Below are positions 28,501-36,713 of a stretch of 37,879 bases of DNA, one piece after another. The position numbers were made by a program, and so were the translations under genes. The notes beneath the pieces are model-generated. The model had not been told where the DNA came from. It worked only from the letters and a program-made list of their open reading frames with translations, and made no database searches. This DNA comes from Candidatus Altiarchaeota archaeon (GTDB lineage Archaea > Altiarchaeota > Altiarchaeia > IMC4 > QMZM01): assembly GCA_016931955.1 (NCBI GenBank), contig JAFGDV010000023.1, forward strand, positions 1 to 37,879. The letters are read 5' to 3'. Each line of letters starts with the position of its first letter. Within the stretch, counting starts at the first letter, position 1.

Positions 28501-29588
28501 TGCGTATGTCGTTTGACCCAAACTATGATAACTGGCATGTTAAACCCCATAATGTCTACTTGAGCGTTAACGGGCACTCGGTTGGCTCCATAATCAACAG
28601 GATTCCTGAAGATAGTTATTCCTTCTCCTTTAGTCCGGAGCTTCTGCACTATTCTGAGAGCGGCGTCGGACGTAACGTTATCAGTCTGCGCTCAACTCAT
28701 CCTCCAGGCCATTACTCCGTCTATTACGGCGTTGGAGTATGTACTTGTCTGGATGAGTATTCTGGCTATGTTGTCGCCACTAGTTCGGAGGAGGCCAGCG
28801 AGTTGTTGTGGAGTTTAAGTTTCCTATTCAAGAGTTCATCGTTTATCGACTTTGAGTTGTTGTCTCCTCTTCTTGGTGAAGAGTTGGTCGCCGGCAGGCC
28901 TACTGTGGTGAGGGCGCGGGTTATCGATGATGGTTCAGGCGGCACCTACCCTGTGAATGCTTCTTTTTCAGGCGGCAAGGTTGTCTGGTTGTTTGATGAC
29001 GGAAAGCATGGCGACGAGGTTGCTGGGGATGGGGTCTACACCAACTATGTGGTTCCTCCTATGGCTCATACAGGCAGCCTTAATCTCTACTCCGAGAACT
29101 GTGTTACATCTGCCTTGTTTGAATTGGATTTCAACATATCCTTGCTTCCTGACTTGGCGGTTTCCTCTGCAGGCATATCCTTCTCTAATCCTTCTCCTGC
29201 AGTCAATGAATCCATAACAGTTGATGCTAGAGTCCACAACATCGGATACGATAATATCTCGGATGTCCGGGTTCAGTTGTTCGTTGGCTCTGATACGTTA
29301 TCTGAGCAGGTTTTTCCGTTTTTGCCGGTTGGCAGCCACGTTTCTGTTTCAGCGAACTGGACTGCTTCAGCAGGCGACCATCTTTTCTCTGTTTTCGCGG
29401 ATCCCTACGACGCCATCCCTGAAGTGTATGAGACCAATAATTTTGCCTCTAGGCTGCTTTCCGTAGGCGGCGGAGGTGGGGGTGGCGGAGGAGGTAATGG
29501 GACAGGTAATGAGACAGCAGGTGATCTTCCCGACCTGGCCGTCTACGGCCACGAGATCATTTTCATGAAGATTGGGGGTGGCGGATGA
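25542..29588 (+). CDS. large secreted adhesin-like protein (DUF2341, ConA/legume-lectin-like, Ig-like, choice-of-anchor-X-like, CARDB)
   Basis: Signal peptide; DIRF..LPYWIE..IWVRVP; GDGMVFMF; LFDDGKHGDEVAGDGVYT; PDLAV...ETNN; Gly linker and a terminal lone PDLAV strand. Confidence 0.85.
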   Translation: MNLKQRILAVLVFFILCSGLTVADYGRILSVQENSGRDLSDYQVLVNLSGDDFPVESAAGGSDIRFYDMYGLMLPYWIESFDPSSPEALIWVRVPFIPANETAALLVSWGEPSLPAVSNASAVFECFDDFESGSLGNWQVVAASWSIINESGNLVIRGSGGSNTHHGLAWKGFVPLAPGIEVKARVKNIDPYSSSPGRVDPGIYWGYTSLAGSALPGYAANSDNRYHRLRVVRSTGSETILDSQYISSMSSSKYYTYILRVQDDGSLSGMILDGDSVIYSTNAVDLTYVSSANHPGLFADFDGKAGYWDDFVVRKYTYPEPNVSISELPVPRLFGFSDNFSSDSGMWTYVGSAYRDATNEYVVLTTNGGGQVGVVWLKENISSNFSVDFRYLITYCGFYRGDGMVFMFYKDRNYVPGSGGALGFIGSPSVVPGYGVEFQTWLSNHVSLIKDSVDNHLKSVGGSCYCDGVWHNVSVRVNDSGVSVFRDGAFLLSWSGTMNRSFGGFGFSAATGMAVEYHIIDDFRITAGHSPSPPEPGPAFNFSISDNQTTSVGGDAVYALTLSNPNMFPLILNLSVSGLDAGWFTLSDESVLLVAGETRDVLLYVSVPEDCGAAGVRLFSVSAGGKSVDSVLFVDSAPIISDLIPHNYSTLSSNDVLFSWKTSVNSSTELFLKEESEPDFSSLVGVNGLDHVVLASNLTRNMLYSWYVRSYSVCGCSNSSERVFYVDNGVVFTQDDYFFNVERDYNQYVILSVRNLDSESHTLLVQAMNPYDDLIVGFVGNGSLDQNLGLDPGESADMHFMVHAQDAMLEDYSLLVNLTNLGVENISDYAVVHVHVRRPNINFTLTELSVNPVTLAKTYKITNYGDPITDLKVSADDSLSAGLLFNPVINHGNLRSGNSVEFEAIPVLFENFTGIVGEIRVQGLDSVVVGGANFTLPPGKQVYLGKVYNPQLCIQLEDWYCSNRPNVDIYFDIPAGYFADNSQSGTLRMSFDPNYDNWHVKPHNVYLSVNGHSVGSIINRIPEDSYSFSFSPELLHYSESGVGRNVISLRSTHPPGHYSVYYGVGVCTCLDEYSGYVVATSSEEASELLWSLSFLFKSSSFIDFELLSPLLGEELVAGRPTVVRARVIDDGSGGTYPVNASFSGGKVVWLFDDGKHGDEVAGDGVYTNYVVPPMAHTGSLNLYSENCVTSALFELDFNISLLPDLAVSSAGISFSNPSPAVNESITVDARVHNIGYDNISDVRVQLFVGSDTLSEQVFPFLPVGSHVSVSANWTASAGDHLFSVFADPYDAIPEVYETNNFASRLLSVGGGGGGGGGGNGTGNETAGDLPDLAVYGHEIIFMKIGGGG

Positions 29589-32500
29589 TGGATCATAGAA
29601 CCTCTCTCTTGGTCGTCTTTGTTGTTCTGTTGTCGACTTTAGGCGCTGCTGCCGGCTTCGATGTCTCCGTTGTCCCGAAGAAGGAGGAGGTGTCGGTTGG
29701 TGAAGTGGTTGACGTCGTCGTGGAACTCTCGAGTAAAGACTTTGAAGGCAACCTCTCTCTTTCAGTAGTTCTTGATAAAGAGGGGATTGATCTTTCCTGG
29801 TTTAATTGGTCTTCTCTTAATGTTTCCCTTTCTTTGGGTGAAGTGAGGGTTATCCCCTTGCGGGTCAATGTTCCCTTCATCACTTCTTCTGGGAATAAGA
29901 AGTTTGTCGTGGAAGCTGTATCCTCTGACAAGTCCTCATCCGGTAAGTGTATGTTTAAGGTCTTTGATTCTTCGCCGAGTGTTTTTCTGTCTTCTCCAGT
30001 GAATGACTCCTTCGTTGAAGACATTGTTGGAGTGGATGGCTTTGTTTCTGGCACTGATGTCCTGGTTTCTTTGTCTGTGGATTCTTCCTTTGTCTCCAGT
30101 TCTTTGCCTTATCTCTGGAATACGTCAGAATACCTGGATGGAGGGCATGTTTTGTCTTTGACCGCTTCCAGTAAAAAGGATTCTAATTCATCGTCCGTGT
30201 TTGTGGAAGTGGATAATACCTGGCCTTCTGTTTTGTTCTATTCTCCCTTGAATGGTTCCTGTGTTGCGGGTTTGGTTGAAGTGGATGGTTCTTTCTCTGA
30301 TTTGTATCTTGATTCCACGAACTTGAGCATCGACGGCGTGGTCGTCTCCGATGTTTTGCCTTATACTTGGGATACTTCCATTTACTCTGATGGCTGGCAT
30401 ATCCTTTCTCTGTCAGCCTCTGACTTCATAGGTCATCAGTCATCTGTGAGTAATCATCTTTACGTTGACAACACGCCTCTTAGTCTCTCCGTCTTTGAGC
30501 TTACCGTGAATCCTACTTTGGAGGATCCTGAGTACACCCTCTTGGGTGTGGTGAACAAGAATGCCTCTGTCTACGTTAACGGCGTCCCTGTTTCTTTGGT
30601 GAATCTTTCTTTCATGCGCTCTCTTACCTTGCATGAGGGCCTTAACTCTGTAGAAGTCGTTGCCCTGGATTGCGTGGGTAGGAATGTTTCTTGGACTCAG
30701 TCTCGTGCCTTGGACGGCGACCGTCTTCCTGATTGGTATGAGTTGTCTGTTCTTGGAACTGATCCATTGGATGGTGACTCAGATGATAACAACATCTCGG
30801 ATGGTTTTGAGGATTTTGACTCTGATTGGGTTTTGAACTATTTTGAGTTTCTTTTCTTGACTGATCCCTTCAGTAATGACACCGACGGTGATTCTTTGTC
30901 TGACTTCTTCGAGCTCCAGTACCTGGGTTCTTCTCCTCTTCTTTTTGACTCTAATGGCGACGGCTTTTCTGATGGTGTGGACGACCCCGACGGCGATTCT
31001 TTGTCTAATCTGGAGGAGCAGTCTGCCGGCAGTCATCCTTGGCATAATGACTCCGACTTCGATGGTCTTTTGGATCCTGAGGAAATAGTTTTTGGCTCTG
31101 ATCCTATGTGGTTTGACTCCGACGGTGATTTTCTCAGGGATTGGAGTGAGCGTAACTTGGGAACTGATCCCTTGAATAATGACAGTGACTTTGATGGTGT
31201 CTTGGATGGTTTGGAGCTTTATTCTCTTAAATTCTTGAGCAATGATAGCCTGGCTTCTGCCGTTGTCACCGGAGTCGGCGACTTCACTGGCTTGGTTTCT
31301 GTGGAATATTTTTCTGAGAATCCCCTCTTCGCCTATGGTAGTCTTCCGGGTTTTGTTTCTGCCGCCGAATTCAGGTCAGCCAGAAATTTTTCGTCTGCCA
31401 TGATCAGGCTTTATTATCCTTCCTCCGTCAACGAATCTAACTTGTCTTTGTTTTACTGGGATCCAATTGACCTGGAATTCATTGAAGTCGCCAACCAGAC
31501 TTGGAACCCAGATGAAGACTACATCGAAGCCGAAGTAAGCCATTTTTCATTTTATTATCTGTTTGATTCGGGCAGGGTGTTTCGTTCTTGGGATAGTATC
31601 TTGTTTGACCTTGGTGATGTTGTCCGTATTTCTGTTCCCGTCTATAATTCAGGTAATGATTCTGCTTTTGATGTTCGTGTTGGCTTGTTTGTGGGTGATC
31701 CTTTTGATGGTGGTTTTTTGGTGGATGAGGATGTTATTTCTTATATTGCTCAGGATTCCTATGAGGTGGCTTCTTTTTCTTATACGTTGTCTGATGACTT
31801 GGAGTTGTGGGTTGTTGCTGACTTTGATGAAGCCATTAATGAGTCTAATGAGGCGAATAATGACGCTTTTGTTGTGTATTCTACGAAGGATTCTGATGGG
31901 GATGGTTTGTCTGATTGGGAGGAAGTCTACGGTACTAGGTTGACTTATCCTTGGTTGCTTGTCTCTCATCCTGATCCTTGGTCTGTTCCTGATTTTAAGG
32001 GTTATGGTCTGCCTAATGTTGACTCTGACTGGGATGGTGTCCCTAATTTCTTGGATAATGATTCGGATAATGATGGTCTTTTTGACTGGGAGGAGGTCAC
32101 TGGGGTGGAATTGTTGGGCGGCAGACGCTACCACACATACATCTCCGATCCCTACAGCCCGGACACAGACAGAGACGGATTGACCGACAAAGAAGAAGTC
32201 GACGGCTGGTATGTGAAGGTTATAGATACTAAAGAAGAAGCTATAGCCTGTTATATGGCGTTTTTGGATGCTGAGAATAGGGGAGAAGAACCTACGTCGG
32301 TGGATATTACGGAATACATTGAGGAGTATGCTGTGGTTTCTAATCCTCAGGTTAATGATTCTGATCTTGATGGTGTTTTGGATTCTGAAGAGCGTTGGGC
32401 TGGTTTAGATCCTAATAAGGGTGACACGGATGGAGATTATATCCCTGATCTGGTTGAGTTGCATGGTCCCTACTTGGATGCTGATTTTTTTGATATAACT

Positions 32501-34576
32501 GGCCCTAAGTTTTCGCTTATCGATACTGAAGAACTTGGTTATCTTAAGTTCAGGTTGACTTATCGTGTCTATGACGAGGCTGGTTTGAGCGAGGTTGCAT
32601 TGAGGAAGGACGCACCTTTTGATGTTATAGAAGAACCTCAAGTCTTACCTCCTGGTAATCCAACTGAACATAATTTTTATTTTACTATATCTGCTTTGGA
32701 TGCTGTGACGGGTTTTAATGTTGTCATGAATGGTTCTGATATTCACGACAATTTTGATTCGCATGTTATAAATTGGGATGGATTGTTTGTGGAGACTGCT
32801 AAGGGAGCATCTGAATGGTATATCTTGCATTATAAGGATAGTATGAATCCTTTTGCTGGTGGGGCTTTATGTGGTATGTTTTATGGTATAGGAGGTACTG
32901 CGCAGGATATCACAAGTATTGCTGCGGAGATTGCTGATGATCCCTCTACGTTCATAACTATTATTCAGGATACGGGGGAGAGTTTTGACGAGCATGGGAT
33001 TTCTTTTCCGCAGAAGGTTTTGGATGCAATGGGTGCTCAGGTTGAAGTGTATCAGAAAGATGTGAATCCGTTTGGTAATGGTTCTGTGGAGTATGATGAG
33101 TTTAGGACTGGTTTTTATTGGGGTTATGCTGGTGGTGTTGGTGTCACTTTTCTTGTGCCTGTGGCGGGTGTTGCTAAGGCTCCTCCGCAGATAGCTAAGT
33201 ATTTGAATGTGTTGTCTGGTGCGAAGCTGGTTAGGAATATTGCTTTTATCTCTAGTAGTGGGGCTGTTGTTGGTTATGTGTTGACTGAGGTTTTCCCGGA
33301 TAGTGAACTTATCAGGGATATTTATCATACTACTCTGGGTGTTGCTGTTTTCGCCGATACTGCTTGGATTCTTCATGGAGCTGGGGTGAATGTTGTTAAG
33401 CTTAAGAATTATGCTGTTAATAGTTGCAAGTTGAGTATTAGGTTTGGTAGGGCTAAGTTGGCTCAGTTTACCAGCAAACTTACTTCTGTTTGGGGGTCCA
33501 CTAAGACTGAGAGCTTTGTCAGTAAGTTGCCTTCGACTGTTCAGGATGATCTTTTCTTGGTTTATGAGTCTAATCCTGCAGTTGTCAATGAGGTGTATTT
33601 GACGAATCTTGACTCTAAGGTCACGGTTTTGTTGGATGAGGGTTGGTTTGGCGTTGATGCTTTGGAGGCTTCTACTGTTCGGGAGGTTGGTCTTACGTCT
33701 GTTGTGGCTGTCAACTATGCACCTGTTGAGTTTGTAGGGTTTACTGCTGCCGAGTTTGACAGTGTTTTGTTGTTGGAGGAGGGTATTCCTGGGAGCGTGT
33801 CTGCGTTGTCGTCTAGCAGCGAGTTGTCTGGAGTCAATAAGCTGGTTAAAGTCGCCGAAATTAATCGTCGGGTGCCGGGCAGTGGTCAGAGTATTGGGGG
33901 AATAATGGATAAGGCGGGTGCGTCTGAGTCTGTGGATGCTTTGTATGCGGCTCGGCGTCCTTATCTTGGTAAGGGTATTCGTGAAGTCATTGAGAGAGAG
34001 AAGACTTTGTTGAAGGTTAATGGTTTATCGGCGAATGCGCCTCAGGCTCAGGAATGTTTGGAGTATTTGGGTAAAATAGAGAGGAATGCTAATAATATTC
34101 GTGCCGCAGGTTTTGATCCGGGTGAGGTGTCGAAGTGGGCGAAGGGGCGCATAGAAGTGGATGGAGTAGGTAAACCAGTCAAGACAGCGGCAACATCCAA
34201 TAACGTAGGCAACCTTGAAGGCGACCTGTTCGAACTGGAAACCTCATACAAGAAACCAACATCTAGGGGCGCGGGAGTAAAAGATATGGGCAAAACAATA
34301 CGCAACAGCGCAGGCAGCACCGACGCGGATGTTAGATACCTTAACGGAGACATACGAGAAAGCAAAAACATAGACTGGAGTAAGGTTAAACCAGGAACAG
34401 ATGAGTATACGGACCTTACTAATAATTTACAGCATAAGTTGAATGTTTTCAAAGTGTATAAAAGTAGCAATCCTTCAGCAGAAATTAGATTTAGTTTTAA
34501 AGGTGATTTGAGCGACGTGGAGAGCGGAATCAGAACATGGCTTGAGGGAGAGGGATATATCGTGGAGGGTATTTGA
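29585..34576 (+). CDS. secreted polymorphic-toxin-like protein: Ig-like domains, DxDxDG Ca-binding repeats, CARDB, hydrophobic region, C-terminal PD-(D/E)xK-like nuclease
   Basis: Signal peptide; many D(S/T)DxDG repeats; Gly/Ala-rich hydrophobic helices near 32850-33390; C-terminus GDLFE...TDADV...RESKN; ATGA overlap with the upstream gene. Confidence 0.8.
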   Translation: MMDHRTSLLVVFVVLLSTLGAAAGFDVSVVPKKEEVSVGEVVDVVVELSSKDFEGNLSLSVVLDKEGIDLSWFNWSSLNVSLSLGEVRVIPLRVNVPFITSSGNKKFVVEAVSSDKSSSGKCMFKVFDSSPSVFLSSPVNDSFVEDIVGVDGFVSGTDVLVSLSVDSSFVSSSLPYLWNTSEYLDGGHVLSLTASSKKDSNSSSVFVEVDNTWPSVLFYSPLNGSCVAGLVEVDGSFSDLYLDSTNLSIDGVVVSDVLPYTWDTSIYSDGWHILSLSASDFIGHQSSVSNHLYVDNTPLSLSVFELTVNPTLEDPEYTLLGVVNKNASVYVNGVPVSLVNLSFMRSLTLHEGLNSVEVVALDCVGRNVSWTQSRALDGDRLPDWYELSVLGTDPLDGDSDDNNISDGFEDFDSDWVLNYFEFLFLTDPFSNDTDGDSLSDFFELQYLGSSPLLFDSNGDGFSDGVDDPDGDSLSNLEEQSAGSHPWHNDSDFDGLLDPEEIVFGSDPMWFDSDGDFLRDWSERNLGTDPLNNDSDFDGVLDGLELYSLKFLSNDSLASAVVTGVGDFTGLVSVEYFSENPLFAYGSLPGFVSAAEFRSARNFSSAMIRLYYPSSVNESNLSLFYWDPIDLEFIEVANQTWNPDEDYIEAEVSHFSFYYLFDSGRVFRSWDSILFDLGDVVRISVPVYNSGNDSAFDVRVGLFVGDPFDGGFLVDEDVISYIAQDSYEVASFSYTLSDDLELWVVADFDEAINESNEANNDAFVVYSTKDSDGDGLSDWEEVYGTRLTYPWLLVSHPDPWSVPDFKGYGLPNVDSDWDGVPNFLDNDSDNDGLFDWEEVTGVELLGGRRYHTYISDPYSPDTDRDGLTDKEEVDGWYVKVIDTKEEAIACYMAFLDAENRGEEPTSVDITEYIEEYAVVSNPQVNDSDLDGVLDSEERWAGLDPNKGDTDGDYIPDLVELHGPYLDADFFDITGPKFSLIDTEELGYLKFRLTYRVYDEAGLSEVALRKDAPFDVIEEPQVLPPGNPTEHNFYFTISALDAVTGFNVVMNGSDIHDNFDSHVINWDGLFVETAKGASEWYILHYKDSMNPFAGGALCGMFYGIGGTAQDITSIAAEIADDPSTFITIIQDTGESFDEHGISFPQKVLDAMGAQVEVYQKDVNPFGNGSVEYDEFRTGFYWGYAGGVGVTFLVPVAGVAKAPPQIAKYLNVLSGAKLVRNIAFISSSGAVVGYVLTEVFPDSELIRDIYHTTLGVAVFADTAWILHGAGVNVVKLKNYAVNSCKLSIRFGRAKLAQFTSKLTSVWGSTKTESFVSKLPSTVQDDLFLVYESNPAVVNEVYLTNLDSKVTVLLDEGWFGVDALEASTVREVGLTSVVAVNYAPVEFVGFTAAEFDSVLLLEEGIPGSVSALSSSSELSGVNKLVKVAEINRRVPGSGQSIGGIMDKAGASESVDALYAARRPYLGKGIREVIEREKTLLKVNGLSANAPQAQECLEYLGKIERNANNIRAAGFDPGEVSKWAKGRIEVDGVGKPVKTAATSNNVGNLEGDLFELETSYKKPTSRGAGVKDMGKTIRNSAGSTDADVRYLNGDIRESKNIDWSKVKPGTDEYTDLTNNLQHKLNVFKVYKSSNPSAEIRFSFKGDLSDVESGIRTWLEGEGYIVEGI
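33773..33921 (+). repeat. 149-bp pre-toxin direct repeat, copy 1
   Basis: Ungapped match to 35221-35369; last 69 bp (33853-33921) identical. Confidence 0.95.
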
Positions 34577-34579
34577 ACT

Positions 34580-35134
34580 ATGGGCGGAAGCTTTTTTATA
34601 AAAAATTATAGGGAAGTAGCTTTTTTCAAGTCCGATATTTGTGCGAAAATAGTATCCCAATTCATTGACTTGGGGGCCATATACAAGCCAGAATTTGGTT
34701 ATTGGAGTGAAACAAAAGGCAAAGTTAGTAAGGCAACTTTAAAAGAAGCCACCAATGACGTAAGCACACAAGGGGGCTCAATACATTTTTTTTACAAAGA
34801 CATAGACTTCAGCCTAAGTTTACATTTTAAGGGTTTCATCAACCTCAAGAAGTATGGCATAGTCAGTTTGTTCATTGATCGTTGTTTTTTTAATTGGGAG
34901 ACCCTTGATTTGCTTGAGAACTATGAAATCTTCACCAGATTTGCTGAGGAGGCTTACAAGCTGATCGATCCAGTATTCTGTTGCGCCTACTACAACCAAT
35001 ACGACAAGACGGTGGATGATGCTTTCCTTGATGAGGCGCGTAAGAAGAGGAGGACTTGGGAAGAACTGAAAGAGGAACTGGAAAAGGCAATCGAATTAGA
35101 CTTGAAGTTGAAAGACCTTAAGCCGAGTAAATAA
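34580..35134 (+). CDS. putative immunity protein 1
   Basis: Starts 3 nt after the toxin stop; no signal peptide; aromatic-rich; call is positional. Confidence 0.65.
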   Translation: MGGSFFIKNYREVAFFKSDICAKIVSQFIDLGAIYKPEFGYWSETKGKVSKATLKEATNDVSTQGGSIHFFYKDIDFSLSLHFKGFINLKKYGIVSLFIDRCFFNWETLDLLENYEIFTRFAEEAYKLIDPVFCCAYYNQYDKTVDDAFLDEARKKRRTWEELKEELEKAIELDLKLKDLKPSK

Positions 35135-35136
35135 AA

Positions 35137-35991
35137 GTGGCGAAAGCTAAGTATCATGTTTGGTTGACGTTACTGTTCTGCTTATTAGTCTTATCCAGTC
35201 CAGTTTCTTCTACTAACTCCTTGGAGGAGGGTGTTACTGGTTCGGTGTCTGCGTTGTCGTCTAGCAGTGAGCTTTCGGGTGTCAGTAATCTGGTTAAAGC
35301 CGCCGAAATTAATCGTCGGGTGCCGGGCAGTGGTCAGAGTATTGGGGGAATAATGGATAAGGCGGGTGCTGGTCGTAGCTTGGATTTGTTGTATAGTGCC
35401 CAACGAAGTGATTTGTTGGCGGGTGAGTTGGCGGTTGTTCGCAGTGGTCGCACTATTCCTGAAGTCGCAGGTGGACTGTCTCCAGCTAAGACTGAGGAGG
35501 TGTTGGAGTATTTGGGGAAACTGGAGAGACGATACGGCAGCAGTGCAATAGAAGGGAAGAATACTTTGATCTGGGCTGTGGAAGATGAAGGAGGTGTTTC
35601 AACCATAAAAAACACCAAAATAAAGGGCACGACACTGGTAGTGGAAGGAGATAACTATTATGGGTATACGCACTACTGGAAAAAACATGTTACAGGCACA
35701 ATCCCCAACGGAGACTTGTTCAAAGACATGTTCCCCGAAATAGCCGGCAACGAAGAAGCTTTTCTTAGAGAATGGGTACCTAAAACAATAAAGAACGGAG
35801 ATGTAGTAGCCCTTAGTAGCAGTAGGTTTGGGTATGTTATTGAGCCTTTTGAAGATGGGAGAAAAATGTTGGTAGTAGTTGAATACAACTTTGATGTTAA
35901 AATTGGCATTGACTTTACTCAAAGTAGTGGTTCTACTCAAAGTAGGCTAATAACCACTTACCCCTGTATAACTAAACCAAATTGTTTTTGA
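35137..35991 (+). CDS. second toxin cassette: signal peptide + pre-toxin repeat + alternative C-terminal domain (possible BECR/EndoU-like RNase)
   Basis: GTG start; shares LEEG...GGIMDKAGA and LEYLGKxER with the 1663-aa protein; unrelated C-terminus with GYTHYWKKH and LITTYP. Confidence 0.75.
   Translation: MAKAKYHVWLTLLFCLLVLSSPVSSTNSLEEGVTGSVSALSSSSELSGVSNLVKAAEINRRVPGSGQSIGGIMDKAGAGRSLDLLYSAQRSDLLAGELAVVRSGRTIPEVAGGLSPAKTEEVLEYLGKLERRYGSSAIEGKNTLIWAVEDEGGVSTIKNTKIKGTTLVVEGDNYYGYTHYWKKHVTGTIPNGDLFKDMFPEIAGNEEAFLREWVPKTIKNGDVVALSSSRFGYVIEPFEDGRKMLVVVEYNFDVKIGIDFTQSSGSTQSRLITTYPCITKPNCF
35221..35369 (+). repeat. 149-bp pre-toxin direct repeat, copy 2
   Basis: 35301-35369 identical to 33853-33921. 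Confidence 0.95.
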
Positions 35992-35997
35992 TTTAAA

Positions 35998-36537
35998 ATG
36001 GATAAATTTCGGATAGAAGTTGGGGATTTAACGAAGTATGGGGATAAATCTGAGCTGCGGGGCTTTTCTCATGAAAACCCAAATCTTCATCCACTGGATG
36101 TCTATACTTTTGCAGAAATCTCCGTTTATTTTAATGGCGAGCTTATTAATTCTCCTCGAGCAAAAGAAAAGGGTTGGAATTCATCAGCTACAGCATATTT
36201 ATTGAATTTCTTCCAGGATCTTCTTTCTGAAAAAGTATATTCTAATGGAGAACAATATGATGCTCGTTTAGATTATGGTGGTCCAGGATTTTATTTTAAG
36301 CGAACAGGTGAGAACATGGAAGTTAGTTTCGGCCCTTCGCCGCCAAATGAATACAGTCGAGTGACTGTCTCGTATCTGGATTTTCTCGAGGAGGTTCTCC
36401 GGGCTAGTGGAGAGTTCCTCGATAAGTTATTTGAGATTAATTCTAAGCTTAAGGATCATGAGGATATTGCGGCGTTGATTAAAGAGCGTGAGCAGGTTAA
36501 GGCATTATATGAGCGACTGAAGAATGAGAGTAAATAG
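35998..36537 (+). CDS. putative immunity protein 2
   Basis: Starts 6 nt after the cassette-2 stop; no signal peptide; no visible similarity to immunity 1; call is positional. Confidence 0.65.
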   Translation: MDKFRIEVGDLTKYGDKSELRGFSHENPNLHPLDVYTFAEISVYFNGELINSPRAKEKGWNSSATAYLLNFFQDLLSEKVYSNGEQYDARLDYGGPGFYFKRTGENMEVSFGPSPPNEYSRVTVSYLDFLEEVLRASGEFLDKLFEINSKLKDHEDIAALIKEREQVKALYERLKNESK

Positions 36538-36634
36538 TTTTCTGTTCAGGTTAGGTGTATTATGTCTCCTGCTTAGTGTTGTTCTCTCACCCGCGGCGAC
36601 TGCTTTGGATTCTTTGTCTGAGTTGTCTGCGTAA
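36524..36634 (+). pseudogene. signal-peptide-only stub, possible truncated third cassette
   Basis: MRVNSFLFRLGVLCLLLSVVLSPAATALDSLSELSA*; ATG overlaps the immunity-2 3' end; not in the ORF track. Confidence 0.55.
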
Positions 36635-36656
36635 GGTTGCTGGGGTTTCAGGGGAG

Positions 36657-36713
36657 ATATGTAAACTTTTTGTTCAGGTTATTTATATATGAGTTTCCTA
36701 TAAGTTTACATAT
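36657..36713. promoter_or_regulatory. 12-bp perfect inverted repeat bracketing a TATA box
   Basis: ATATGTAAACTT (36657-36668) and AAGTTTACATAT (36702-36713) around TTTATATAT (36682-36690). Confidence 0.65.

Noticed and set aside
29580-29590. Frameshift splitting a single giant gene
   Set aside because: ATGA overlap, upstream GGGGGTG SD-like sequence and a fresh signal peptide support two genes
29593-34470. Many antisense and off-frame ORFs within the large toxin gene
   Set aside because: Explained by strong strand bias; no motifs; fully overlapped by a coherent multi-domain CDS
33773-35369. Diversity-generating retroelement TR/VR pair
   Set aside because: Mismatches are not adenine-specific, the repeat is not at a 3' gene end, and no reverse transcriptase is present
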